From: Lentimicrobiaceae bacterium
GTDB lineage: Bacteria > Bacteroidota > Bacteroidia > Bacteroidales > WCHB1-69
Reading direction: 5' to 3'
NCBI GenBank assembly: GCA_009787485.1
Contig: WQWP01000003.1
Location: 1 to 42,075, forward strand
Length of the DNA stretch: 42,075 nucleotides
Shown piece by piece: positions 15,201-23,850 of the stretch. The translations under genes were made by a program, and so were the position numbers. The notes below the pieces were generated by a model, which ran no database searches, had not been told where the DNA came from, and was given only the letters and a program-made list of their open reading frames with translations. Numbering within the stretch: the first letter of the stretch is position 1; each line of letters starts with the position of its first letter.

Positions 15201-18200
15201 ACCATAGCCTGATGAGAGAGCGTGATGGCTACAAGTGGTGGCACCGGTGCGTTAAAATCGCCCAGTGTGGTTAAAAATGCAGCGAAAGGAGGAGTGGATG
15301 AAGCCGTGGTATATACGAACGGAGAGGTTTCGCCTCTAAACGGAACAGGCGCAACGAACTCTGTTTGAGGAGTAAATGTCATGGTTCCTGCCGGAGCGTG
15401 TCTTTGCGCAAGACTGTTTGAAGCGTTATTTTGTTCTAATGCCAATCTATCCGCCATTACTTGCAGTTCGCTTTCCGGATCTACTTTAGGCGCTGCTGTT
15501 GTAAATTCAACAGGATCTTCAGTTCCTTTTCCTTTACCGGCAACGTTCCATGTTAATATCGCGCTGCAATCGTTGTCCACGCGGTCGTAATCTACTGTAA
15601 AATTAACGATCGGAAGCGCTTCACACTCATTTCCTTCAACGCAAATTGGTTTTGAAACTTCCACCGGCAGCGATTGGTCGCCTGTTTCGCAAGCCACAGT
15701 TACCGACCAGGTGTGAGGTACATTGTTGTTGAAAGATGCGGTATAAGTAGTGCCTTCGTGATTTGCAACAAGAAGTGCGCCGTCTAAATATATATTGTAG
15801 GTAACATCTCCGGGGGTAGGACCATCAGGACTGGTTATTAAAACATCATCAATAAATGCGTCATCGCCATCCCACTCATAAGTAAAGTCATGGAATCCCA
15901 AATAGTAGGTTCCGCTTGTTGTAGGTGTAAAAGTGTAAGTAATTTGCGTCCAATTGGCAAAGTATACATTGAGATTTTTATACACTTCCACACCGCTATT
16001 CATTGCTGAAATGGTTGGATTTTGGGCTATTTTTACTTCAAAGCGATTTCCATCACCGGCATTATATCCCATCAGCGCCCAAAAACTTATTGTATAGGGA
16101 ACACCTTGTGTTAGAGCAACACCGGGGCTAAACATCCACGCATCTTTATCAGCTTCGTCATCCCACCAGCAAGCAGCTGCTTGGTCTCCGGTATATGCTT
16201 GCCAATCATCAACAAACCACCACCAGCCATCGCCAACAGATGTTTCTGTCCAGCCGTCCGGCAAATCAAAAACATCAGCATCTTCAAATCCTTCCGAAAG
16301 AAGAATGCCTTTAGAATAATTAGGAGCTAAGCCGGGTGTATTGTTACGTTCAGCTCTTTTTTGAAGTATCGTTTCTTTTTTTACCGATTTTTCTTTTTCG
16401 CTTTTCTCAACCCGAATATAATCAGGGTTTGTGGCGCCTTTTCCTTTCGCCGGCGCCGTCCACGACAATGTTGCAGAATTACATGCATTGTTGTAAGCAA
16501 CGGTTAAACCTGTTGCGGGGTCGCAATCGCCTGATGGCGGTTGGCAAATTGGTTTTGCTACTGTTACCGGATCTGATTCGCCGCCATCTTCGCAAACTAC
16601 TTTCACCGACCATGTATGAGGTACATTGTTTTCGAAAGTTGCGGTATAATTAGTGGCTGCAGTTGTGGTAAGTAGTGTACTGCCTCTATATACATTATAT
16701 GTAACATTTCCGGGGGCAGTTCCACCTGTTATTTGTGCATATCCGTTTCCTGAGGGGTCTGGGTTCGCCACAAAGTTAGGTTCGCCGAATTTGATGGTAA
16801 TTCCGTTTGTAACTCCATCAATATTTCCGGAGCCTGCGCCGCCGCCGCCGCCCCAATGTCCTGCGCCGCCGCCATACCAGCCGCCGCCGCCGGCACAACC
16901 GCCTAAACTACCATTATAACCGCCGCCAGTTCCAAAACCGCTGGGGGGTACATTATAACTGAGCATCTGTGTGGCACCTGCGCCACCGGCTGTTTGTGTG
17001 CCACCTTGTCCGAGATTTGCTGGTGCTCTGGAAGAAGTACCGTCGCCGCCGGTTAAACCGCCGCCGGCGCCACCATGACTGTTTACATATGAATTGTAAC
17101 CGTCGGCGCCACCGCCACCGCCGCCAACAATGATTCTGTTGGCATAAGTGTCGTTTTGGGTGGTTCTTATATCTGTTCCGCCGCCGCCGGTACCTCCGTC
17201 GTTACCGGCAGAAAATGTTCCTGTAATAACGCCGCCACCGTTCCAGCCGCCTGCAGCCGTTCCGGGTCCTGTAGAAGTACCTCCCTTTCCGCCAACATAA
17301 ACATAATAGGTTGTGGGCGCTGTAACATTAATCGTTCCTTTTGAGTATCCTCCCTTACCTCCTGATCCATGTTTGGCATTTCCGCCATCGGCGCCCCAAA
17401 CTTCAATTTCGTAAGTTCCGGGTTGCAGCTCTACGGGTTGCGGTGCGCCTGTGTAGGAGAAAATTTGGGTGTTCGTGCTTTTGCCGGCCGGGGCTGTCCA
17501 CGACAATGTCGCAGAATTACAGTTTAAGTTGTAATTAACAGCTAAGTTTGTTGCGGGGTTGCACTCGCCGGGCTCATCTCCACCTTCACAGAAATTGAAT
17601 TTTATATTCGGACGGTTGGTGAGTCTTGTTCCGGTACCCGGGGCTGTTGGATCATAAACACTGCCATCTCTTCTTGCGTGTATGGTTTTTTCCCCACTGG
17701 TAGCTGTTCCGTTCCAAAGCGGGGTGGTAGTGCTGCCTATATAAGCGTTAATTCCATTTTTAAAGTTTACAGCTACTACAACATTATTGCCACTATAAAC
17801 AAATGGAACATCAAGTTCAATATATATCCAACCTGCTTCACATACCACAGGCCCGTTATATACTAATTCCATATCAGCCGGCAACACCCAATCGGTAGTG
17901 GAGGCAAAAGTGGTCTTGGTGGTATTTCCCAAATAAATATCCACATTGGGGAAAGTAAAAGGCGTATGAATATATTGGAAGTTGAGCGCTGTGATTTCAC
18001 CTGAACTGCCATATCCAATCTCCGCAGCATCATATATTTGTTGCGCGTATGAAAAATAGTTGAACGATCCTATTGGAGCTGCAGGCATTCCTACTGTTCC
18101 TTCGCCCACTTGATAGGGCACTTCGGTTTCTTGACAGGTATGATATTTGCAGGGCTCCATAGTTGCGCTCATGGGGTCAGATTCGCCCTGTTCGCAAACC

Positions 18201-20896
18201 ATCGTAACGGCATAAGTATATCCTAAATAAGGATCTGCTGCTTTGTCTCTCCAGTGGAGTTGTTGCGTACCGGCTTTTATAAGACCACCATCGCGGTAAA
18301 CATTATATTCGGTAGGGATATATCCCACACCGGTTCCGTTTATCACAAATACAAGTTCAAATTGATTGCCGGTGGTGCCATCTACGCAACGTTGCCAATC
18401 CGCACCCACTCTTTGAACGCCATTTCCGTTTTCCTCAATGCCCAACACGGTAACAGGAGGAATCCATGGGCCTGAAGCCAAAGAGCCTGAAAACATCATC
18501 TCAATCCAATAAACGCCTCTTTGCAATGTTAATCCGTCAATATCAGCCACCACTTTCATCAATCTGCGATCTGTGTTGGTAAGAGCGGCTAATGTAGTTC
18601 TATTAACATTAGAATACTCGGTACTAATCATACGATTGGTCGTCATATCCCCCCAAATTATCGTTCCGCCTTCCATGGGGGAGGCGTCCCAAATTCTTAC
18701 AAATACGGCGGTAATCGTAGAGGTAGTAGAAGGCGCCGAAGTTTGATACACGTAGAAATCAACGGTTTCAATGGTTGACTCTCCACTAAAGATAAAGTCG
18801 TCTGCTACTGAATAATTACTCGTAGAGCTTGCATTCATACCATAAGTGGTGCTATACGGATCGTTTATAGCACTCGCATCTGCGCCTGCTGCACCTGCTC
18901 CCGGGTGTGTAATGAATGGGCCATTGTCGTAAAGAACGCCACTTCTTGGGTTGCTATATCTCGGATGTTCCGGCGTTACGATATTCAAATTTGCTAATTC
19001 TTCTTTAGAAAGTTTTTCTGCTCTGTCTTGGCTCAACGGGTCAACATTTACCGGAATAGACGGAGTGGTTTTCATTGGGTTTGTATAAATATTAATACCT
19101 CCGCGTCCTGTGGGAGGTGCCCACCTGGGCACAAAGTTACCGTCGTCGCAAACAACGGCGAAGTTTTGTACAGGGGGACAATCGCCTCCGCTTGTAGCTT
19201 GGAAATTAGCCGTATAAGTAGCGTCAACAGTAGCATTAAAAGTAAGCGGGTTGGCAGTAGAGCCGCCCGGAGTCCAACTTGCAAAGGTATAGCCTAAGTT
19301 GTCACTTGCGGTTAAAGTAACGGGCGCACCTACGGCATACGTGCCGCCACCGGTAACTGTGCCTGCACCTATAGGGTTAACGGCGGTGGTAATGGTTACG
19401 TTGTTGGCAGCTTCTGCTACCGTTCCAACAATATTCATATTACCGGTAATGTTTTGACCACCCAGTGTGTACCAGCTTGTACCGATGGCAAAATGCCCAC
19501 CATTGGCATTCCCCGGAGTGTTTACAGAATATGAAAGGGGATAAACACTTGCTGTAGAAACGGTATTTACAGTGTAACCAATAAAAGTATTGGTGCTTTG
19601 TAAGTTATAAGGAGTAGTTAATATTATTGTATTCCATCCATTCACAGTGGGCGTGAAAGGCTGCGTATATAAGTTAGCGCCTGTAGTTGAACTTCTTACC
19701 CAAATAGAACAATCTGTGAGATCTGATGGATCTGCAGAAAGATAAACGTCTAAAGCTGTAAGTTGTTTTCCAACAAAGGGCGTCATAGCAGCTGCGAGAT
19801 AACCTATAGTAGCGTGACAGGCAGATGGATTCACTGTTGCTCCGTACGATCCATTGTTATTATATGTACAATATCCCATAGGTTGTATTGCGTATATTTT
19901 TTGTGTTAACGGGTCAGAAATATCATTTCCGGCAACTGCATCGCCTGAAAGAATAACTTTTCCTTTTACTGTGAGATCACCTGCAGTAGTAGGCGTATAT
20001 GTAACATTAACATTTGTAAAAGCGCCTGGCGCCAAAGCAGTAGTAACCGGTGTTGAGCCTATAACAGCATTGGCGGCGTCGAGGAGTTGAACCGTATAAT
20101 TACTTTGTGATGCTGTGCCCGTATTCCATACCGTAACGGCATAAGTAGTTTGGGTGCCTACCCATTTTAGCGCCGGAGAAGCTACGATAGAAGCAGCAAG
20201 GTCGTTGGTGGGTAATGCGGGTGCGCCTGAAACGTAGCCTTCAATTACCAAATTACCTGCCGTAGTAAAGACATTCCAATTAGCTCCTACTCCATTAGTA
20301 TTTGGAACAGTGGCTCCAATAATGTAATTTGCTCCACCCGCTTTGTAGGTATCTCCTGTTGTGGTAAGAGGCATAGGGCGAATTTCGTTAGTCGTTCCTG
20401 AAGTAGTAATATGCGTTACTGAAAAACCAAGAACCAAACCATTTGTAGTTAGCGTGTATGGAGTTGTTAGTATAACATCATTCCATGCGCCCGGTGCTAC
20501 CGTACAACTTTGCTCATAGAGAATAGCGCCCGAAAGTGAATTTTTTATCCAAACTTTTCCACTGCTGGGTACTAAACTGAGATTTTGTGAAGCTGCCGGA
20601 AAGTAAAAGCTGATTTGATCCAGCACACCTCCCACATAGTTGTACATTTGTTGGGAAGTAAAAGAAATACAACCATGAGAATAAAAAGTACCCACACCAA
20701 AATTGGCGTTACCTAATCCGGCAAAAGTGGTACCGGCATAGTACTTTAAAACATAATCCGCTCTCGAAACATTTTGCTCCGGAAGGATTTGTTCTTTTCC
20801 CATTGTTACATGATTTTTTGGCACAAGGTTCTGTGCACTCAGATAGCTCACACTTGCCATGAAGATGAGAGCTAAGAAAAAGATAATTTTTTTCAT
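9245..20896 (-). CDS. Giant (~3,883 aa) modular T9SS-secreted adhesin-like protein (CARDB, split FN3, cleaved-adhesin/choice-of-anchor J, glycine-rich and carboxypeptidase-regulatory-like domains, CTD)
   Basis: Signal peptide MKKIIFFLALIFMASVSYLSAQ at 20896; DAWMFSP, NDWMISP and DDWLILP cleaved-adhesin motifs; YNVYRDG FN3 motifs; LFPNPATD...LSAGTYFIRV...FVKK CTD. Confidence 0.9.
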   Translation of the reverse strand: MKKIIFFLALIFMASVSYLSAQNLVPKNHVTMGKEQILPEQNVSRADYVLKYYAGTTFAGLGNANFGVGTFYSHGCISFTSQQMYNYVGGVLDQISFYFPAASQNLSLVPSSGKVWIKNSLSGAILYEQSCTVAPGAWNDVILTTPYTLTTNGLVLGFSVTHITTSGTTNEIRPMPLTTTGDTYKAGGANYIIGATVPNTNGVGANWNVFTTAGNLVIEGYVSGAPALPTNDLAASIVASPALKWVGTQTTYAVTVWNTGTASQSNYTVQLLDAANAVIGSTPVTTALAPGAFTNVNVTYTPTTAGDLTVKGKVILSGDAVAGNDISDPLTQKIYAIQPMGYCTYNNNGSYGATVNPSACHATIGYLAAAMTPFVGKQLTALDVYLSADPSDLTDCSIWVRSSTTGANLYTQPFTPTVNGWNTIILTTPYNLQSTNTFIGYTVNTVSTASVYPLSYSVNTPGNANGGHFAIGTSWYTLGGQNITGNMNIVGTVAEAANNVTITTAVNPIGAGTVTGGGTYAVGAPVTLTASDNLGYTFASWTPGGSTANPLTFNATVDATYTANFQATSGGDCPPVQNFAVVCDDGNFVPRWAPPTGRGGINIYTNPMKTTPSIPVNVDPLSQDRAEKLSKEELANLNIVTPEHPRYSNPRSGVLYDNGPFITHPGAGAAGADASAINDPYSTTYGMNASSTSNYSVADDFIFSGESTIETVDFYVYQTSAPSTTSTITAVFVRIWDASPMEGGTIIWGDMTTNRMISTEYSNVNRTTLAALTNTDRRLMKVVADIDGLTLQRGVYWIEMMFSGSLASGPWIPPVTVLGIEENGNGVQRVGADWQRCVDGTTGNQFELVFVINGTGVGYIPTEYNVYRDGGLIKAGTQQLHWRDKAADPYLGYTYAVTMVCEQGESDPMSATMEPCKYHTCQETEVPYQVGEGTVGMPAAPIGSFNYFSYAQQIYDAAEIGYGSSGEITALNFQYIHTPFTFPNVDIYLGNTTKTTFASTTDWVLPADMELVYNGPVVCEAGWIYIELDVPFVYSGNNVVVAVNFKNGINAYIGSTTTPLWNGTATSGEKTIHARRDGSVYDPTAPGTGTRLTNRPNIKFNFCEGGDEPGECNPATNLAVNYNLNCNSATLSWTAPAGKSTNTQIFSYTGAPQPVELQPGTYEIEVWGADGGNAKHGSGGKGGYSKGTINVTAPTTYYVYVGGKGGTSTGPGTAAGGWNGGGVITGTFSAGNDGGTGGGGTDIRTTQNDTYANRIIVGGGGGGADGYNSYVNSHGGAGGGLTGGDGTSSRAPANLGQGGTQTAGGAGATQMLSYNVPPSGFGTGGGYNGSLGGCAGGGGWYGGGAGHWGGGGGAGSGNIDGVTNGITIKFGEPNFVANPDPSGNGYAQITGGTAPGNVTYNVYRGSTLLTTTAATNYTATFENNVPHTWSVKVVCEDGGESDPVTVAKPICQPPSGDCDPATGLTVAYNNACNSATLSWTAPAKGKGATNPDYIRVEKSEKEKSVKKETILQKRAERNNTPGLAPNYSKGILLSEGFEDADVFDLPDGWTETSVGDGWWWFVDDWQAYTGDQAAACWWDDEADKDAWMFSPGVALTQGVPYTISFWALMGYNAGDGNRFEVKIAQNPTISAMNSGVEVYKNLNVYFANWTQITYTFTPTTSGTYYLGFHDFTYEWDGDDAFIDDVLITSPDGPTPGDVTYNIYLDGALLVANHEGTTYTASFNNNVPHTWSVTVACETGDQSLPVEVSKPICVEGNECEALPIVNFTVDYDRVDNDCSAILTWNVAGKGKGTEDPVEFTTAAPKVDPESELQVMADRLALEQNNASNSLAQRHAPAGTMTFTPQTEFVAPVPFRGETSPFVYTTASSTPPFAAFLTTLGDFNAPVPPLVAITLSHQAMVYDPADGQIGIVTCTSSAPYVNSYRKMDPETGATVIINSNNAQVPDCISMALNPVTGIAYATEFPEPSARFGTIDLATGIFTQISTTDAVRYIAIDVDGTCYALNLSVTQSTFGTLNLTTGAFTQISTYPAGNWIQDINIDPETGILYHAFRSPDLPTNTTQWRTINKATGAFTILGTFPAERSVESFVIAGAGKDPCPAISGLTATQAPGQSVNLTWTAASGTPTGYEVRFNGTLLETVNTTSFTHSFAPSGQHSYCVRAIYPPSQDCGPQSVCQSITVTEDMGECEGLVVPSGTTTGLGSPIYTTYNNAYTQTIYNESEIGDAVGALISGVAFGYRTTGVNAVKTIPVAVYIGTTTKSEFGTPVTASEFIPLSELTLMYSGTVTFNAADQWTSIDFEEPFEYDGGNLVIAINQTMGTGWFSSSWAGGTLTQYKTIYAYDDYNQINPAAPAGSMTRTQFRANLRLRVCPGSDLEYMVYRNGDHIATTKKKSYIDNDFDPWVGGHTWCVKSICPDGQESELVCETIDLPCVFVPDCDPAVIAVTRVAGGNRISWTNEPGVTGRIYRDGAIIMTGATSPYVDPLGPIYAACYKVELLCPNDFYTGMSNEVCLPSEPYTIPYFCDFETQAVFNEWTVIDLNGGNTWTRTTPTTTPPNNGLAQYTWHSTLPANDWMISPPIMVPAAGEYRLTFKYGTNSTSYLERLRVTWGASNTVAAQTNVIHDYTAISGTGGNMLNAEFVVVLPAGILHLGYYCYSIANQFNLYVDEVKLEGIFDIDMEAISIAGPNPTVGNSYDYTITVKNKGINPVTNFKLQVLTEDNELLGESEITTFLAPEAVGQYTVPVDAFTAAHVGILNIKGYVDFESDMFLGNNTTPLFPITVSPEGTVIIEIGDPNATNNSGRVPYNLYYRKSLSQSIYFPHEFGTNGGIINNIAYQASIDHTGTNLQSVRIRVWIGEVDNLDNLNAGWVDPNIFTEVYDGIRSFPTGKYTFNIPLATPYEYNGKILVIYSQRYDSGYGNSTDGFKCTPLAGRSRMLYKDDAGGAEFDLLNPTGNGGTLDLTQGLPNAGFTFNMQGMGSLSGVVSDDQGAPIEGVKVQITGTALYAMTNADGFYRFLYLKPGNYAIEANLCGAIATANVTIYANMSTVRNFSLHTRVVFGTVKAADGQTFINGATLKLEGGCNTYETESGPELGLFEFPFVFDGPYTIYAEAEGFQPYTATIDIIGNTNLPIILLEIPEEPRNVEANYFEDCYAEVTWGTPALPTKEFRYDSGINDQQIGFPEVGTRESVIGSVHRESTTLFSMSWYSTTNVVQPAYDLWVLGLTNNIPDRNKVIFKVLNIPNTPLQWCEYEFPEPVACPDGFFIGVSPSNGGFTSVGTDAPNAEWPFVTDGNYYSLSAVYPFSPFGESSIFKNCMIRAIGTDGGKFGYVANKGASRSANIEEGSMQTTLAKGPAIISTPSEGPVVTDDSKLRGGEKALGPIGYKLWRLVKGEENNQAAWVTLTNNPVTDLRFVDYSWNTAAPGMYRYAVRTCYHGGVVSDPAFSNVLDKLTEPVRLEIDVDGCSALFTWNNEIQFTPFYDDMESYQNFIIADIGDYILIDVDGANTFSHTQANWPNATVPKSYMVFNPSQTALSADADAQPHSGNKYLTTWSSDNAGYWQDDWLILPKMKIAAGVYLKFWAKSYRTNAGVYQLERFKVGVSTTDPVPAAFTFIQDDAYISAPENTWTEYSFDLTAYAGQDVYLAINVVSVDSWFFMLDDISVDFPGKGSDSKTFLGYNVYLDGKFVTQTTETEYTFTGVLKGDHVAGVTSVFACGESTMATIPFTITDPACGLYKVTFEVTDMEGNPIPDAFIEFNGEPIEGNVVEDLPPGTYPWVVSALSYVTQTGNVIVADKDMIVPVKLPLGINDYDLTFGLFPNPATDKVTVKRTATAPATIEVYNAMGMHIAKYETDEAIFDINITTLSAGTYFIRVIEGDRTGVKSFVKK

Positions 20897-20980
20897 AATG
20901 AATAAATTTTGGTTAATAATTATTTTGGTTTGATTTTTATGTGATTTTTTAGTTAGCTTCTTTATTATATAATTAGCCTG

Positions 20981-20988
20981 CAAAAATA
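20981..20988 (-). promoter_or_regulatory. -7 promoter box for the giant gene
   Basis: TATTTTTG on the minus strand about 85 nt upstream of ATG 20896. Confidence 0.6.
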
Positions 20989-21264
20989 CATTTTTTCATA
21001 TATTAACTATTGATTGTTGATTTTTTTGTTATTTGTGGATATTTTTTTTGAGGGTAAAGATTGAGCCCAAAGTAAAATTGAACCGGAGAAGTCGAAAAAA
21101 TGCCTAATCCCGAAGAAAAAATGCAAATTGCAGATAAAAACTGCTTATTTTTCGTGTTTTTTAACATATTGATTATTAGTAAAATAATTTATTGAAATTG
21201 ATTTTTGAACGATTCTTTTTATATTTTTGCCGCGTTAATGAAATATTATAAAAATATTAAATGT

Positions 21265-21888
21265 ATGAAAAATCAAAATCCAATCCCTCCAGCCCCAACT
21301 TTTGAAAGTACATGGGCATCGTCACGAAAAGCCAAATGGCAAATGCTAAAAGCCGAACAGCAAATGAAAGAAGCAAACCGCCGAATGAAAGAGCAAATGC
21401 AAGAGCAAATGCAAGAGACCGGCCTCAAAATGCAAGAGACCGACCGCCGAATGAAAGAACTGCAAAAATTAATGGGCTCCTGGTCCACCAATCACGGCTC
21501 ATTTGCTGAAGAGTATTTTTTCAATGCTTTTGAAAACGGCAAGCAAGATTTTTTCGGAGAGCATTTCAATAAAATTAGAAAAAAGGTAAAATATGTGGAG
21601 TTAAATCTTGAGGATGAATACGATATTGTACTGTATAATGACAATTCCGTAGCCATTATCGAAGTAAAATACAAAGCGCATGAGAATGATATACCCTCTG
21701 TGTTAAAAAAAGCAGAGACATTTAGAATATTATGCCCCAGCTACAAAGATTTTAAAATTTACCTCGGTTTCGCTTCCATGAGTTTTTATGAGGAATTAGA
21801 GCAGGAATGTATCAAACAAGGCATTGCCGTAATAAAACAAGTGGGCGATACGGTGGTGATTAATGATAGTCATTTGCGGGTTTTTTAA
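21265..21888 (+). CDS. Coiled-coil plus PD-(D/E)XK nuclease-like protein (DUF3782-like)
   Basis: Q/E/M-rich repeats, HGSFAEEYF, EYDIVL...IIEVK; TATTTTTG box at 21222-21229 favours a start downstream of the track start. Confidence 0.7.
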   Translation: MKNQNPIPPAPTFESTWASSRKAKWQMLKAEQQMKEANRRMKEQMQEQMQETGLKMQETDRRMKELQKLMGSWSTNHGSFAEEYFFNAFENGKQDFFGEHFNKIRKKVKYVELNLEDEYDIVLYNDNSVAIIEVKYKAHENDIPSVLKKAETFRILCPSYKDFKIYLGFASMSFYEELEQECIKQGIAVIKQVGDTVVINDSHLRVF

Positions 21889-22017
21889 TAAATCAAGGCA
21901 AAATCTTATTTTAAACTGCTAATATTAAGTATTTTACAATTTGTTTTTAGAAAAAAAGGTAACTCAGGTTTTTCTAAGCAAAAAAAGTATATTTTCGCCG
22001 CCTCATTCAGCAGAAAC

Positions 22018-22092
22018 GCCGCGTTCGTCTAGCTGGCCCAGGACATCAGGTTTTCATCCTGAAGATCAGGGGTTCGAATCCCCTACGCGGTA
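22018..22092 (+). tRNA. tRNA-Glu(TTC)
   Basis: Acceptor GCCGCGT/ACGCGGT, anticodon arm TCAGG-TT-TTC-AT-CCTGA, T arm GGGGTTCGAATCCCC. Confidence 0.92.
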
Positions 22093-22258
22093 CAAAATGA
22101 AAAGCCAATTATTTACAAATGAAATAGTTGGCATTTTTGTTTTTATGGTTTTGGCACGTATTTGGCATTTTATCCGTTTTTGCTTTAGATTTTAATAAAA
22201 AAGAGAAAACCGGAGCAAACTTAATTACCCCGGTTTCCCACAACCATGAAAACAAATA

Positions 22259-22414
22259 TTACTTTTTAGCTAAAAAGTCTTTTACACTGTCGGTTTCCAT
22301 AACCGCTTCTTTGAACGTGTAAGCTCCGGTTTTCGGAGAGCGTTCCATTTTGATTACGCGGGTGTAAGTTACTCCACCGGCTCTTTTTAATGTTGCAACT
22401 GTCTTCTTTGCCAT
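22259..22414 (-). CDS. DUF4295 family protein (Bacteroidota ribosomal protein bL38); missing from the ORF track
   Basis: Manual translation MAKKTVATLKRAGGVTYTRVIKMERSPKTGAYTFKEAVMETDSVKDFLAKK (51 aa), directly downstream of rpmG. Confidence 0.88.
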   Translation of the reverse strand: MAKKTVATLKRAGGVTYTRVIKMERSPKTGAYTFKEAVMETDSVKDFLAKK

Positions 22415-22422
22415 AACTCAAA

Positions 22423-22611
22423 CTATTTAATTTCTTTATGAACCGTTACTTTCTTTAAATAAGGATTGTATTTCTTCAATTCCAATCTCTCTGTAGTGTT
22501 TTTTCTGTTTTTGGTAGAAATGTATCTCGACATTCCGGGCACGCTGCTGGTTTTTTGCTCAGTGCATTCCAAAATAATTTGTTGTCGTGCTTCCTTGTTT
22601 TTCTTTGCCAT
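22423..22611 (-). CDS. rpmG: 50S ribosomal protein L33
   Basis: IILECTE...[33 protein letters not shown]. Confidence 0.97.
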   Translation of the reverse strand: MAKKNKEARQQIILECTEQKTSSVPGMSRYISTKNRKNTTERLELKKYNPYLKKVTVHKEIK

Positions 22612-22734
22612 TGTGCTACTCTTTTAAAAATAAAAAGACCTTTATCAATTGTGGGCGCAAAAATACACTTTTTTATATACCAAAAATCAAATGCCCTTTT
22701 TTATTCTTAAAACAACTCTAATATACTAATTTTC

Positions 22735-22765
22735 AATTCCTAATTCCTAATTCCTAATTCCTAAT
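22735..22765. repeat. Heptamer tandem repeat (AATTCCT)x4
   Basis: Direct reading; overlaps the obgE stop codon. Confidence 0.85.
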
Positions 22766-23753
22766 TTACCAAAAGTTTCCAAATCTCATCCTTCAACTCC
22801 TGCAAATTCTGCTGCCCAACCGACGAAATAAATACAACCGTAATGTTTTCCGGAACCTTTTTTTGAATCGCTTTCAATTCTTTTTCCGTCAGCAAATCAC
22901 ATTTCGTAATAGCAAGCATCCTTTTTTTATCCATCAATTCGGGGTTGTAAGCCTTGAGTTCATTCAGCAATATCTGATACTCTTTTTTAATATTCTCTGT
23001 GTTGCATGGAATCATAAAAAGCAGTAAGGCATTGCGTTCGATGTGGCGCAAAAACCGAAGTCCCAATCCTTTTCCTTCCGATGCGCCTTCAATAATTCCC
23101 GGAATATCTGCAATAACAAACGATTGGTGGTTGCGATAGGCGACCATTCCCAAATTGGGGCGCAACGTAGTAAACGGATAATCAGCAATTTTAGGTTTTG
23201 CATTAGAGAGCACGGAAATTAACGTTGATTTTCCCGCATTGGGAAATCCTACCAATCCCACATCGGCTAATACTTTGAGTTCTAATATCAACCATTCTTC
23301 CATACCTTCTTCGCCGGGTTGCGCAAAACGCGGCGTTTGGCGAGTAGCCGATTTAAAGTGCACATTGCCCAGTCCGCCCCTTCCACCTTTTAATATAACG
23401 AACTCTTGTCCATCTTCTAATACTTCACCAAAAAATTCGCCGGTTTCGGGATGTTTTACGATGGTGCCTAAAGGAACTTCTACCACGGCGTTTTTCCCGT
23501 TTTTTCCAAAACACTGGTTTGAGGAGCCGCCGCCGCCGTCTTCTGCAAAAATATGTTTGGTATAGCGCAAGTGCAGCAACGTCCATAAATTCCGGTTTCC
23601 TTTCAAAATAATGTCGCCGCCTTTGCCGCCGTCGCCGCCATCGGGTCCCGCTTTAGGATCTTGCGCGGTGCGTTGAAGGTGCGCCGAACCAGATCCGCCT
23701 TTGCCGGAGCGGAAGAATATTTTTACGTAATCTATGAAATTTTCGTTTGGCAT
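22761..23753 (-). CDS. obgE: GTPase ObgE/CgtA
   Basis: Gly-rich Obg fold, [21 protein letters not shown]. Confidence 0.97.
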   Translation of the reverse strand: MPNENFIDYVKIFFRSGKGGSGSAHLQRTAQDPKAGPDGGDGGKGGDIILKGNRNLWTLLHLRYTKHIFAEDGGGGSSNQCFGKNGKNAVVEVPLGTIVKHPETGEFFGEVLEDGQEFVILKGGRGGLGNVHFKSATRQTPRFAQPGEEGMEEWLILELKVLADVGLVGFPNAGKSTLISVLSNAKPKIADYPFTTLRPNLGMVAYRNHQSFVIADIPGIIEGASEGKGLGLRFLRHIERNALLLFMIPCNTENIKKEYQILLNELKAYNPELMDKKRMLAITKCDLLTEKELKAIQKKVPENITVVFISSVGQQNLQELKDEIWKLLVN

Positions 23754-23769
23754 AAAAACCTTTCGTTTA

Positions 23770-23850
23770 TTTAAGATTTAAGGATTTAAGGATTTAAAGC
23801 TACGGTTTCCACATTCCAACTTTAAATTATTAAATCTTTAAATCTTTTAA
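23770..23850. repeat. Inverted pair of short tandem ATTTAAGG/ATTTAAAG-type repeats
   Basis: TTAAGATTTAAGGATTTAAGGATTTAAA ... TTAAATCTTTAAATCTTTTAAA; the same unit recurs at 31217-31254. Confidence 0.65.

Noticed and set aside
9486-20090. Many short + strand ORFs inside the giant gene
   Set aside because: Antisense shadows of a long coding sequence
20897-20983. Extended N-terminus of the giant ORF given in the track
   Set aside because: The non-ATG start overlaps the -7 promoter box, and the signal peptide begins at ATG 20896
21941-22322. ORFs 21941-22195 and 22128-22322
   Set aside because: They overlap tRNA-Glu, its terminator and the antisense strand of the DUF4295 gene
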